This document shows, one piece after another, positions 10,708-20,106 of a stretch of DNA of 64,000 nt (position 1 is the stretch's first letter; the number at the start of each line of letters is the position of its first letter). The position numbers and the translations under genes were made by a program. The stretch comes from Candidatus Latescibacterota bacterium (GTDB lineage: Bacteria; Latescibacterota; UBA2968; GCA-2709665). Under the pieces are notes generated by a model. It did no database searches, was not told the origin of the DNA, and saw nothing but the letters and a program-made list of their open reading frames with translations. Location of the stretch: NCBI GenBank assembly GCA_965226795.1, contig CBDDDZ010000004.1, forward strand, positions 32,001 to 96,000. The letters run 5' to 3'.

Positions 10708-12144
10708 ATGAACCTTAGCGAAGCACAAATCAGATCCGTAGTTGAGGAAGTCGTTCGTACCCTTGCTCCGGAAGGGCGGGCGCCGGCGGTCGTCTCGTCT
10801 CCATCCCGGTCGGCCGGTAACGGGGACGATGGCATCTTCGAACGCCTCGACAGTGCGATCGACGCGGCTGGTCGGGCCCAGCGCGAACTGGAAGCGCTGA
10901 CGCTCGAAACCAGGCGTAAAATCATCGAGGCCATTCGAAAGGCGGCGCTGGTCCACGCCAAGGGACTCGCGCAGATGACCGTCGACGAGACCGGAATGGG
11001 CAGAATTGCCCACAAGATCCGGAAATTCGACGTGGTCGCACGGCTCACCCCGGGCGTAGAAGACCTTGAAACGGTTGCCTGGACAGGAGACCGCGGGCTG
11101 ACCGTTGTCGAACTGGCGCCCTTTGGCGTCGTTGCCGCCGTCACACCCTCCACACATCCGGTTCCCACAACCGTGAACAATGCCATCAGCCTCATCGCCG
11201 CGGGAAACAGTGCAGTATTCGCGCCGCACCCCGCCGCCAAAAGAGTCTCCCAGTTGGGAATCCAGATCCTGAACCGAGCCATCGTCGACGCTGGCGGACC
11301 CCCAAACCTGTTAACCGCCGTCTACGAACCAGGTATCCAGACCGCTCAGGATCTTTTCGTACATCCGAAGATTGACCTGATACTGGTCACGGGCGGAGGC
11401 GGCGTCGTCAAAGCAGCAATGCAGGCGCCGAAACGGGCCATCGCCGCGGGTCCCGGAAATCCGCCGGTGGTGGTCGACGAAACCGCTGACCTCGACACGG
11501 CGGCGGAGGGCATCGTGGAAGGCGGCGCCTTCGACAACAATATTCTCTGTATCGGCGAAAAGGAAATCTTCGTCGTCGAATCGGTTGCCGACGACCTCAA
11601 GCGTTCTCTGCTGTCCAGGGGATGCGTGGAACTGGACCGTGGCCAGATCGACAGCCTGACGCGGCATGCATTCACTGAAGACGAGAGCGGGGGAAAAAAC
11701 GTCAACCGCGAATTCGTGGGCCGACACCCGCACGTGCTGGCCGAAAGCATTGGCCTGAACGTACCGCCTGAAACCGAGCTGCTGATCGGGGAGCTGGACG
11801 CCGCGCACCCCTTCACGCAGATCGAGCAGATGATGCCCTTCATTCCGTTCGTTCGGGTACCCGACGTCAACACCGGGATCAAAAGGGCCGTGGAGGCCGA
11901 ACATGGCTATCGCCACACAGCCGTCATGCACTCCAAGAACGTCGAAAACATGACCAACATGGCGCGGGCCTGCCGCTGCAGTCTATTTATAAAGAACGGC
12001 CCGTCCACTGCCGGCGTGGGTGCAGGAGGCGAAGGGTACACCTCGTTCTCTATCGCCACACCCACCGGCGAAGGCTGCACCTCGGCCAGAACCTTCACTC
12101 GGCAGCGCCGCTGCACGCTGGTCGACTATTTCAGGATCGTCTGA
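10708..12144 (+). CDS. BMC CoA-acylating aldehyde dehydrogenase (EutE/PduP family)
   Basis: APFGVVAAVTPSTHP, VTGGGGVV, AGPGNPPVVVDETAD, FDNNILCIGEKE (catalytic Cys), TFTRQRRC. N-terminal amphipathic helix SEAQIRSVVEEVVRTL. Confidence 0.96.
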   Translation: MNLSEAQIRSVVEEVVRTLAPEGRAPAVVSSPSRSAGNGDDGIFERLDSAIDAAGRAQRELEALTLETRRKIIEAIRKAALVHAKGLAQMTVDETGMGRIAHKIRKFDVVARLTPGVEDLETVAWTGDRGLTVVELAPFGVVAAVTPSTHPVPTTVNNAISLIAAGNSAVFAPHPAAKRVSQLGIQILNRAIVDAGGPPNLLTAVYEPGIQTAQDLFVHPKIDLILVTGGGGVVKAAMQAPKRAIAAGPGNPPVVVDETADLDTAAEGIVEGGAFDNNILCIGEKEIFVVESVADDLKRSLLSRGCVELDRGQIDSLTRHAFTEDESGGKNVNREFVGRHPHVLAESIGLNVPPETELLIGELDAAHPFTQIEQMMPFIPFVRVPDVNTGIKRAVEAEHGYRHTAVMHSKNVENMTNMARACRCSLFIKNGPSTAGVGAGGEGYTSFSIATPTGEGCTSARTFTRQRRCTLVDYFRIV

Positions 12145-12208
12145 CAGCCGGCAACGAGCGGCGTGGCAAGGCTCTCTCTTACGATCAACTCTCAACACTC
12201 TGGTGCAC

Positions 12209-12481
12209 ATGCAACTCGGTCGCGTCATCGGAAAAGTTGTAGCCACAAGGAAAGATCCGTCGCTGACCGGCATCCCGTTGCTCGTTATCCGGCCTATGGA
12301 CCACCGTCGGAACGATCTCGGAGATACGCTGGTGGCCGCCGACGTCGTCAGCGCGGGCCAGGGCGAGACCGTCTACTGGGTCTGCGCGAGGGAAGCGCCC
12401 AATGCCCTTCCCGAAAAATACGGACCAGTAGATGCCGCCATCGTCGGCATCGCCGACCGGATCGATGTCCGGTACGAATAA
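12209..12481 (+). CDS. BMC-P vertex protein (EutN/CcmL)
   Basis: MQLGRVIGKVVATRK...VAADVVSAGQGE...PVDAAIVGIAD. Confidence 0.93.
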   Translation: MQLGRVIGKVVATRKDPSLTGIPLLVIRPMDHRRNDLGDTLVAADVVSAGQGETVYWVCAREAPNALPEKYGPVDAAIVGIADRIDVRYE

Positions 12482-12531
12482 AGCCTGAAACCGGTCGCAG
12501 TTGTCCGGTTTTTCTCCAATTTCCGGTTCCC

Positions 12532-12810
12532 ATGATTCTCGCCCGTGTGCTCGGCAGCGTTGTTTCCACACTGAAACATCCGGCCTACGATGCCGCCAAA
12601 CTTATGGTAGTCCAACCTGTTCAGCCAGACGGCAACGACGGCGGCGACACCCTGCTTGCCATCGACACCGTCGGCGCGGGCGCCGGCGAAACCGTCCTCG
12701 TCCTCCGCCAGGGCGTTGCGGCCGCGCAGGTTCTGGGGGTGGATCGGCCGCCCATCCGCTCCGTTATCGTAGGCATCGTGGATCAGGTCGTGTTTGAGCC
12801 AGAGACGTAA
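12532..12810 (+). CDS. BMC-P vertex protein (EutN/CcmL)
   Basis: MILARVLGSVVSTLKH...LAIDTVGAGAGE...PIRSVIVGIVD. Confidence 0.93.
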   Translation: MILARVLGSVVSTLKHPAYDAAKLMVVQPVQPDGNDGGDTLLAIDTVGAGAGETVLVLRQGVAAAQVLGVDRPPIRSVIVGIVDQVVFEPET

Positions 12811-12866
12811 ATCAGGGCATCCATCCACCACTCGCACCTTTTGGATCACTTCCAGGTCGCCACACC

Positions 12867-13694
12867 ATGACACTCCATCAGGCAAAACTGGACATCGTGG
12901 AAGCCGGACGCAGGCTCTACGATAAAGGATATATCGTTTCGAGCGACGGCAACCTCTCCGCCCGTTTCGATGAAGGTCGTCTGATCGTAACACCCAGTGG
13001 GTTATGCAAAGGCACGATGTCCTTAGAAGATCTGTGCGTCTGCGACATGGAAGGCAGGAAGATAAGCGGCCGCCTGAGCCCTTCCTCGGAGATCGGCATG
13101 CATCTGTTTCTCTACCGGGAGAGGCCCGACATCAAGGCGGTTGTCCATGCGCATCCGCCCACGGCCACCGGATTCTCCGTTGCCGGAATGCCACTCACCG
13201 ACTGCGTACTGCCCGAAGTCGTGATCACACTCGGATCGATCCCCACGGCGGACTACGGCACGCCGGGCGGGCCGGAAATTTCCGAGCCGATTCGAAAATA
13301 CGTTAAGGACTACGACGCCTATCTGCTTGAGAACCACGGCGCGACCACCGTGGGTTCCGACGTGATGAACGCATATTTCAAAATGGAGACCCTGGAACAT
13401 TTCGCACGGATTCTGTTTGTCGCGCGTCAGTTGGGCGGCGCAAATGTACTGAATCAGGACCAGGTCGGGAAACTTCTCCAGATCCGCAAACGCCTGGGCA
13501 TCCGGGGTCCGGAACCCGCTTGCGTCGTCGGTAAGGCGCCATCCAAGCCCAGCGCTTCAAATTCGCAAATCCCCACGCTTCGCGCACGCAGCGCTTCGAC
13601 TCCTTCCTTCGGACTTCCGCCGGCGGAAGACGATCTCGTCACGGAAATCACCCGCCAGGTGATACAGGAACTCCACAACGAGAATCTCGATTAG
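12867..13694 (+). CDS. Class II aldolase (fuculose/rhamnulose-phosphate aldolase-like) with C-terminal encapsulation peptide
   Basis: DGNLS, TPSG, PSSEIGMHL, VVHAHP, LLENHG. A low-complexity linker is followed by EDDLVTEITRQVIQEL. Confidence 0.93.
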   Translation: MTLHQAKLDIVEAGRRLYDKGYIVSSDGNLSARFDEGRLIVTPSGLCKGTMSLEDLCVCDMEGRKISGRLSPSSEIGMHLFLYRERPDIKAVVHAHPPTATGFSVAGMPLTDCVLPEVVITLGSIPTADYGTPGGPEISEPIRKYVKDYDAYLLENHGATTVGSDVMNAYFKMETLEHFARILFVARQLGGANVLNQDQVGKLLQIRKRLGIRGPEPACVVGKAPSKPSASNSQIPTLRARSASTPSFGLPPAEDDLVTEITRQVIQELHNENLD

Positions 13695-13720
13695 CGCACG
13701 ACACCCGTCTCCCGCCGCCC

Positions 13721-14911
13721 ATGAAAATCCTCGTCGCCAACGTTGGCAGTACGTCATTCAAGTACAAACTCTTCAATATGACGGACGAGACGGTGCTCGC
13801 CGAGGGACGTCTCGAGCGTATCGGCGGCACACGGTGTCCCGTTGAACATCGCGTGGGTCGGTCGGAAACCCGATCCACCTGCGCACTGCCGGACTACCCC
13901 TCTGCGATCCGGAACGTGATGGATGCCCTCAGCGGGGCGGACGGGATCCGGGGGGCATCCGACCTTGATGCCGTGGGTTTCAAGACCGTCCACCTGCGAG
14001 GAGAACCCGGGATCTACATGCTGGACGACGGGATTCTTGAGCGCATGGCCGACTACAACGAACTTGCGCCGGCCCACAACCCGCCGTACATCCAGGCCAT
14101 CCGTATCTTTCAGGCGTTGTACCCCGGTCTTCCGCTGGTCGGCCTGTTCGAACCGGCCTTCCACACCACCATCCCCGACTATGCGTATACCTACAGCGTA
14201 CCCTTTTCCTGGCACGAAACCTATGGCGTGCGCAAATACGGCTTCCACGGCGCCTCCCACCGTTACATATCCGAATGGGTGCCCAGGCTCCTCGACCGAC
14301 CTTCCCAGGGGTTGAACCTGATTTCCTGCCACCTGGGCGGCAGCGCATCTCTGTGCGCTATCAAGAACGGCCGGTCCATCGACACCACGATGGGATTTTC
14401 CGCCCAGGACGGCATTATTCACGGCAGCAGGAACGGCGCCATTGACCCTTTCGTCATTCCCTTTATCATGGACCGCGAAAACCTCTCCACGGACGATATC
14501 CGGCGCATTCTCACCACGGAAAGCGGCCTGCTCGGTATCTCCGGCGTCAGCGGCGACGTTCGCGACCTGGAAGCGGCCGCCACCGCCGGAAATCGAAGGG
14601 CAAAGCTGGCCATCGAGACTTTCTGTTACGGTGTGAAGACAGCCATCGGCGCGATGGCTGCGGCGCTTGGCGGGGTCGATGCAGTTGCCTTCGCGGGAGG
14701 TATCGGCGAACGAGGCGTTGACGTTCGTCGGCGCATCTGCCACGGTCTTGAATTTCTCGGCATTCAGCTGGACGCCGAAAAGAACCGCTCGGGGCCCCCG
14801 GAACGGCTGATCTCCACTTCCGACAGCGTCGTAAAAACCCTGATTGTGACCACGAACGAAGAAATCATCGTCGCCCGCGAAACTGCGGCCTTCCTCAGAA
14901 GTCTGTTGTAG
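13721..14911 (+). CDS. ackA: Acetate/propionate kinase
   Basis: KILVANVGSTSFKY, LAPAHNP, RKYGFHGASH, CHLGGSAS, SGLLGISG, FAGGIGE, TNEE. Confidence 0.93.
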   Translation: MKILVANVGSTSFKYKLFNMTDETVLAEGRLERIGGTRCPVEHRVGRSETRSTCALPDYPSAIRNVMDALSGADGIRGASDLDAVGFKTVHLRGEPGIYMLDDGILERMADYNELAPAHNPPYIQAIRIFQALYPGLPLVGLFEPAFHTTIPDYAYTYSVPFSWHETYGVRKYGFHGASHRYISEWVPRLLDRPSQGLNLISCHLGGSASLCAIKNGRSIDTTMGFSAQDGIIHGSRNGAIDPFVIPFIMDRENLSTDDIRRILTTESGLLGISGVSGDVRDLEAAATAGNRRAKLAIETFCYGVKTAIGAMAAALGGVDAVAFAGGIGERGVDVRRRICHGLEFLGIQLDAEKNRSGPPERLISTSDSVVKTLIVTTNEEIIVARETAAFLRSLL

Positions 14912-14930
14912 CGCACAGATCCTCGAACCC

Positions 14931-16355
14931 ATGATATCCCTTTTCAGCACGCTGTTTCTCCTGCTCTCCGAAACCCTGCCCGCCTTCGATCGTGAACTCT
15001 GGACCGCCTTTCCCAACATGAACTCGGTTACGGCCCTGGCGGAAGGCAGCCAGTATATCTATGTGGGCACCCAGGGCGGTATCCGGCGTTACGATATTTA
15101 CGGCGAACGCTGGCACAGGCCGCTGACCGTCCTGGACGGCCTTCCCGACAACCGCATTCGCGCGCTGGCCTACGATGCCAATACCGGCGAACTCTGGCTG
15201 GGCACGCCGTCCGGCGCGGCCCGCTGGCTCACCCGGCTCGAGACCGTTTCTTTTTTTGGCGACGACCCACCCCCGCGTCGCCCACCAGCGCCAATTCCGC
15301 CGGTCTATCTGCCCTTTGGGCACTTCCTGCAGGACGGCTGGATACGGGGTCCACGAAGGAACTATCCAATAACATCCACGCTGATGGATACCTGGCATAC
15401 ACTGTGGATCGGCACCGGCGGGCTGGGCGTCGGCAAGGCGAACATGACAGACCGACAGCTTGAATTCCACGCATTCGGTCCTCTCGACGAAAATGTCACC
15501 GCCATGGCCAGAGACGGAGACAGCATCTGGTTTGGGGGCAAAGGTGTCTATGGCATAAGGGAACAGGGAATAACGCGGTACCATCTTTCAACCCAGATGT
15601 GGGAATACTTCGAACCGGAGAACATCATGGGTCTGGACGAGGCCCGCATTTCCACCATTTTTACAGACAGCGCTGCTGTCTGGTTCGGTGCCAGGAACGG
15701 CCTTATCCAATATGTCCGTCACACCGGTCAGTGGACGACCTATCCCATGCGCAAACGGCGTCAGGTCACCGCCCTGGCAAGGGCGAATACCCGGCTTTGG
15801 ATCGGCACCCAGGCTGGACTGGCCGTGTTCGATACACAGGCCGACACCATTCGTTGGGTAGACGGCAGTGAGGGGTTCTCCATTCAAGCCATGGCCGTGG
15901 GCGCCGACCATATCTGGGCAGGCACCCATTTAGGACTCTTTCGCTGTCCCATCGACGACGTGACCTGGACGCCCGTCCGAAGCCCCGGCGGACTCACTTC
16001 CCGTCCCATCAATGGATTGGCCACCTGTAACGCCGAGGTGTGGGCAACCGTTGAATCGCCGTCGACGCTCATTCATCTGGCCGCAGCCGACGCGGTATGG
16101 CAACGTTACGCGCTGGCCGAGGTCCACGGCAACCGGCGCGTTGCTATTGCGGCCGATTCCAGCCGGGTATGGCTGGGAACCGACCTGGGCGCGTTCCACT
16201 TCGACGTTTCCACCGGACTCTGGAGGCGCTACACACGCGCCAACGGTCTGATCGACGAACGCACGCAGGCCGTACTCCTCCAGGACGACTACGTCTGGTT
16301 TGGCACTGAAAAAGGTGTAAGCCGATACAACTGGTCGCAGGACTTTTTTAGATGA
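14931..16355 (+). CDS. Secreted beta-propeller protein (two-component regulator propeller-like repeats)
   Basis: N-terminal hydrophobic segment and repeated DGLPDNRIRAL / LWxGTxxG motifs. Confidence 0.75.
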   Translation: MISLFSTLFLLLSETLPAFDRELWTAFPNMNSVTALAEGSQYIYVGTQGGIRRYDIYGERWHRPLTVLDGLPDNRIRALAYDANTGELWLGTPSGAARWLTRLETVSFFGDDPPPRRPPAPIPPVYLPFGHFLQDGWIRGPRRNYPITSTLMDTWHTLWIGTGGLGVGKANMTDRQLEFHAFGPLDENVTAMARDGDSIWFGGKGVYGIREQGITRYHLSTQMWEYFEPENIMGLDEARISTIFTDSAAVWFGARNGLIQYVRHTGQWTTYPMRKRRQVTALARANTRLWIGTQAGLAVFDTQADTIRWVDGSEGFSIQAMAVGADHIWAGTHLGLFRCPIDDVTWTPVRSPGGLTSRPINGLATCNAEVWATVESPSTLIHLAAADAVWQRYALAEVHGNRRVAIAADSSRVWLGTDLGAFHFDVSTGLWRRYTRANGLIDERTQAVLLQDDYVWFGTEKGVSRYNWSQDFFR

Positions 16356-16614
16356 CTCGTTGTTATTTATTGACTTAATTTCGAGTGTGTCTCGTCGTGG
16401 CCAAAAAATACGTGACACGAACGGACATTTTCCTTATCTTTAGTTTTGGTATAAAATGCAACCAAGGCGCTTGCCCGTTCCTATACCGAATGGTCCTGAT
16501 GAACATTCTCCTACTTCATCTGCTAAGTTAAACGAAAGCGGCCACTCCGAGTGCATCCGCGCGACCGGAATGGCCGCTTAAATGTTTGCTTATTTCCAAA
16601 TTCCGGGGCCTCCG

Positions 16615-17064
16615 ATGGCAAAAAACGCGTTGGGTCTAATCGAAACTCGCGGATTCACGGGCGTCGTTGAAGCGGCCGACGCGGCCGTCAAGGCCGCCGA
16701 CGTCGAACTCGCGGGTGTCGAAAAGATAGAGGGCGGCCTGGTATCCATTCGAATCCTGGGCGACGTCGGTGCCGTTCAAGCCGCTGTACAGGCGGCCGCT
16801 CAGGCCGCAGAGCGAGTCGGCCAGCTGGTATCCCAGCACGTCATTCCGAACCCTCACGACGATCTGGTGGACGTATTCGAATTGGACGGACCGAAACCCC
16901 CGTCCCCCAAGGATTCGGACCTCGGCGGTCTCTCGGTTGTAAAGCTCCGACGCCTGGCCAGACTGACGCCCGACCTCTCCATCAAGGGGCGCGAGATTTC
17001 GCGCGCCAGCCGGCAACAATTAATCCAGGCGCTCCTCAGCGCGGATGCCAACATCGACAAGTAA
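16615..17064 (+). CDS. BMC-H shell protein with basic C-terminal extension (Rho-N/HeH-like)
   Basis: ALGLIETRG...DAAVKAADV...GDVGAVQAA...HVIPNPH followed by LGGLSVVKLRRLAR...GREISRASRQQLIQAL. Confidence 0.92.
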   Translation: MAKNALGLIETRGFTGVVEAADAAVKAADVELAGVEKIEGGLVSIRILGDVGAVQAAVQAAAQAAERVGQLVSQHVIPNPHDDLVDVFELDGPKPPSPKDSDLGGLSVVKLRRLARLTPDLSIKGREISRASRQQLIQALLSADANIDK

Positions 17065-17081
17065 CGTCGAAGGAGACCGGG

Positions 17082-17426
17082 ATGGATACCGATACGCTTT
17101 GGGAACGCATTAAGAAGGGGATCATCGACAGCGCCGCAACGGCGGCCCACAAGGCCGAGCACCTCGGGAAAATCGGTCGCGCCAGGCTCGATATCGCGGG
17201 AACCCGCCATGCCATACACGAAGCATTTTCCGAACTGGGTGGCGCGGTCTATGCCCACATGTCCGCAGGTAGCGACGTCGGCGTCGCTCAAACAGACGAC
17301 GTCCAGGATCTGGTGCGGAGAATCAACGAACTGGAAAATCTGCTACAGGAGCGAGAAGCCCATCTGAAGAATCTGAAAGCGGGCAACAGCGAGGAAAAGG
17401 AGAAGGCCGCAGAGGCGGAAACCTGA
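17082..17426 (+). CDS. Hypothetical coiled-coil protein
   Basis: 114-aa ORF with SD AAGGAG, helical with a charged C-terminus, co-oriented with neighbours. Confidence 0.8.
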   Translation: MDTDTLWERIKKGIIDSAATAAHKAEHLGKIGRARLDIAGTRHAIHEAFSELGGAVYAHMSAGSDVGVAQTDDVQDLVRRINELENLLQEREAHLKNLKAGNSEEKEKAAEAET

Positions 17427-17445
17427 CCTTGTCGGCCTTATCGGC

Positions 17446-18828
17446 ATGACATCCCAACCGAACCGGGTCCGCCAGGCTGTCTTCTGTGCAGTCCTTTTCC
17501 TGTTGTGCGTTCGGACTGCCTTGACTGCCAGTCCCGATGGGTCATTTGCGGATGTTGCCAGGCTGGTAAGGCCCGTGGTTGTCAGCATCTCCGCCAACAG
17601 TACTTACGGCAAAGAGATCTTCCGTACAGGGCTGCGCCAGGGCCCTTCGGCGTTGCGTTACGGATCCGGCTTTGTCCTGGACGACACCGGGCATATCCTG
17701 ACGAGCAACCACGTCATAGAAGGTGCCATAAGTATTCAAGTTGGCTTTTTCGACGGCACGGAATATGCCGTCGAAATTGTCGGACAGGATCCCGACACCG
17801 ACCTCGCACTCTTACGGCTTCTTTCAGCAGCCCCGATCGATCGTTCGCGTATTGCCCGGCTTGGCACCTCCGATTCCGTAAAGGTCGGTGACTGGGTGAT
17901 GGCCGTCGGCAGTCCTTTCGGCTTTCATCATACAGTCAGCGTCGGTGTAATCAGCGCCAAGGGGCGTCATCTGGAACGAATCCAGGGCGATATAACCGCA
18001 CCGCCCTTTCAGAATTTTTTGCAGACGGACGCGTCCATCAATCCCGGCAATAGCGGCGGGCCCCTGGTGAATAGCGCCGGGCGGGTTGTAGGCGTAAACA
18101 CCGCGTACAATCCCGCAGGATCCGGCATCGGGTTCGCCATTCCGATCGACGTTGCCGGAAGGGTTGCGGCACAACTCCGCCAACACGGAGAGGTCATCCG
18201 GGGATATCTGGGAATTCATCCCCAGGATGTCACGCCCGATCTTGCCGACGCGCTGGAAATGGACTCGACTTCGGGCATACTGATCGGGGAAGTTCAGGCG
18301 GACGGCCCGGCGGAGCGGAGCGGCCTCAAAAGAGGCGACATCATCAGGACGCTCGACGCCGAAGCCATCATCAATACCAAAGATTTTCTGAACAGGATTA
18401 CTAAGTATCGTCCAGGGGAATCCGTTGCGCTTTCCGTCCTTCGTGCCGGCATACCGTTGAGGATCTCCTGTACTCTCGGCCGGCGGCGGAAGCTGCCACG
18501 GCCACCCGATCGATTTCGATCCGACATTACAAATTGGCCCGGGCTTGAGGTCAGAAATCGCTCAGATTGGGAAAGCGGCCGCCTGCAAGCGTCCAGAACC
18601 GGATCCGGCGTTGTAGTACACTACGTCGCGCCCGGAAGTCCGGCGGGAAAAAAAGAAATTGAACGCGGCGATGCGATCCTTGAAATCGACGGTGTTACCA
18701 TCTCAAGCGTCGGAGACTATCGCAAGATGGTTGAAAAGATTGAGGGGGCTGTCAGACCGGGCCTCTTCCTGATCTTGAAAAAGGACGATGGCAACACGCG
18801 ATTCGTTGCCCTCCGACCGGGACCTTGA
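17446..18828 (+). CDS. DegP/HtrA-family serine protease with two PDZ domains
   Basis: GSGF, TSNHVI, TDLALL, QTDASINPGNSGGPL and two PDZ repeats. Confidence 0.95.
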   Translation: MTSQPNRVRQAVFCAVLFLLCVRTALTASPDGSFADVARLVRPVVVSISANSTYGKEIFRTGLRQGPSALRYGSGFVLDDTGHILTSNHVIEGAISIQVGFFDGTEYAVEIVGQDPDTDLALLRLLSAAPIDRSRIARLGTSDSVKVGDWVMAVGSPFGFHHTVSVGVISAKGRHLERIQGDITAPPFQNFLQTDASINPGNSGGPLVNSAGRVVGVNTAYNPAGSGIGFAIPIDVAGRVAAQLRQHGEVIRGYLGIHPQDVTPDLADALEMDSTSGILIGEVQADGPAERSGLKRGDIIRTLDAEAIINTKDFLNRITKYRPGESVALSVLRAGIPLRISCTLGRRRKLPRPPDRFRSDITNWPGLEVRNRSDWESGRLQASRTGSGVVVHYVAPGSPAGKKEIERGDAILEIDGVTISSVGDYRKMVEKIEGAVRPGLFLILKKDDGNTRFVALRPGP

Positions 18829-19065
18829 TTCCTCTTCAGTTATCTGCTGAAGTTCATCCGACCGTCTGAAAGGAGGCCAATCTTTATGTAGCGCACGCTT
18901 CTCTCTTCAGTAACCACATCACGATCAGCAAGGTTCGCTACGGACAGTCTTAATCCCCTTCGAGAAACTCAGTCGCATCTCCCGAACTGATTTCTCGGCT
19001 CACAGTCCGGCTCCGAGACCCCGGCCAACTGAACCGACCTCCCCGGTCCAACGAAAGGCTGACGA

Positions 19066-19923
19066 GTGTCTAAGCTAGCCAAAAGGCCCTACGCGCGCGA
19101 AGATGAATCCTTAGATCAGTACCTTCAAGAAATCGGCGAAGTCGATCTTCTCACGGCAGACCAAGAAGTCTCCCTCGCCAAAAGAATCAAAAAGGGCGAC
19201 CAGGATGCCCTCGAAGAGTTGACCAAAGCCAATCTGAGATTTGTTGTCAGCGTTGCCAAACAATACCAGAACCAGGGTCTCTCAATGGGAGACCTGATCA
19301 ACGAGGGAAATCTGGGCCTGATAAAAGCTGCCAAACGCTTTGACGAAACAAAGGGCTTCAAGTTTATCTCCTATGCCGTCTGGTGGATCAGACAGGCCAT
19401 CCTCCAGGCTCTTGCCGAGCAGTCCAGAATTGTACGGTTGCCCCTGAACAGGGTGGGCGCTCTGCACAAAATCGGCAAGGCATCCAGCGGGCTGGAGCAG
19501 GAATTCGGACGAGAGCCCAGCCCCAGCGAAATCGCCGACGAACTTGAAATGAGTGACTATGAGGTGATGGATACGCTCAAGATCTCCAGCCGTCACCTTT
19601 CACTGGACGCCCCGTTCAGCGAAAGTGAAGACAACAGTCTGCTGGATATTCTCGAAGATCAGTTGCAACCGCCGCCCGATGAATCGCTCATCGACGATTC
19701 ACTTCACCGTGAAGTTGAAAGGGCGCTGGCAACCCTCACTCCCCGGGAAGCCGAAGTGATTAGCCTTTACTTTGGCATCAACCGGGAGCACCCGCTCACC
19801 CTGGAAGAAATCGGCGAACGTTTCGGATTGACCCGCGAGCGGGTACGCCAGATTAAAGAAAAAGCCATTAACCGGCTACGCCACAACTCCAGAAGCCGCC
19901 CCCTAAAGGCATATCTTCACTGA
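19066..19923 (+). CDS. rpoD: RNA polymerase sigma factor, RpoD/SigA family (short form lacking region 1.1)
   Basis: [42 protein letters not shown]...[15 protein letters not shown] start. Confidence 0.9.
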   Translation: MSKLAKRPYAREDESLDQYLQEIGEVDLLTADQEVSLAKRIKKGDQDALEELTKANLRFVVSVAKQYQNQGLSMGDLINEGNLGLIKAAKRFDETKGFKFISYAVWWIRQAILQALAEQSRIVRLPLNRVGALHKIGKASSGLEQEFGREPSPSEIADELEMSDYEVMDTLKISSRHLSLDAPFSESEDNSLLDILEDQLQPPPDESLIDDSLHREVERALATLTPREAEVISLYFGINREHPLTLEEIGERFGLTRERVRQIKEKAINRLRHNSRSRPLKAYLH

Positions 19924-19938
19924 AAACGCCATCCTGAC

Positions 19939-19979
19939 AAAGCCACAGCCAACGTAGCCCGAGGGCTGTGGCTTTTTTT
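19939..19979 (+). terminator. Rho-independent terminator after the sigma factor gene
   Basis: AAAGCCACAGCC...GGCTGTGGCTTT stem running into a T8 tract. Confidence 0.85.
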
Positions 19980-20014
19980 GTTCGGGTGGATGATATGGTC
20001 TCGCCCGCCGGCGC

Positions 20015-20043
20015 TTGACGGAACCCCGCATAACATATACATT
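20015..20043 (+). promoter_or_regulatory. Sigma70 promoter
   Basis: TTGACG-17nt-TACATT upstream of the 20107 ORF. Confidence 0.55.
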
Positions 20044-20106
20044 TGGAGACCTTGGAGACCTCCACGAACCGTTCAAATTCCTCTTTCACCGAAAGGATTC
20101 AGACCC

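Noticed and set aside
7536..14911. Assignment as an ethanolamine (eut) or propanediol (pdu) microcompartment
   Set aside because: No ethanolamine ammonia-lyase, diol dehydratase or glycyl-radical enzyme is present. The signature enzyme is an aldolase.
16490..16585. Possible hammerhead ribozyme (CTGATGA...GAAA followed by a hairpin)
   Set aside because: Stem II and stem I do not pair. Only the stem-III-like hairpin forms.
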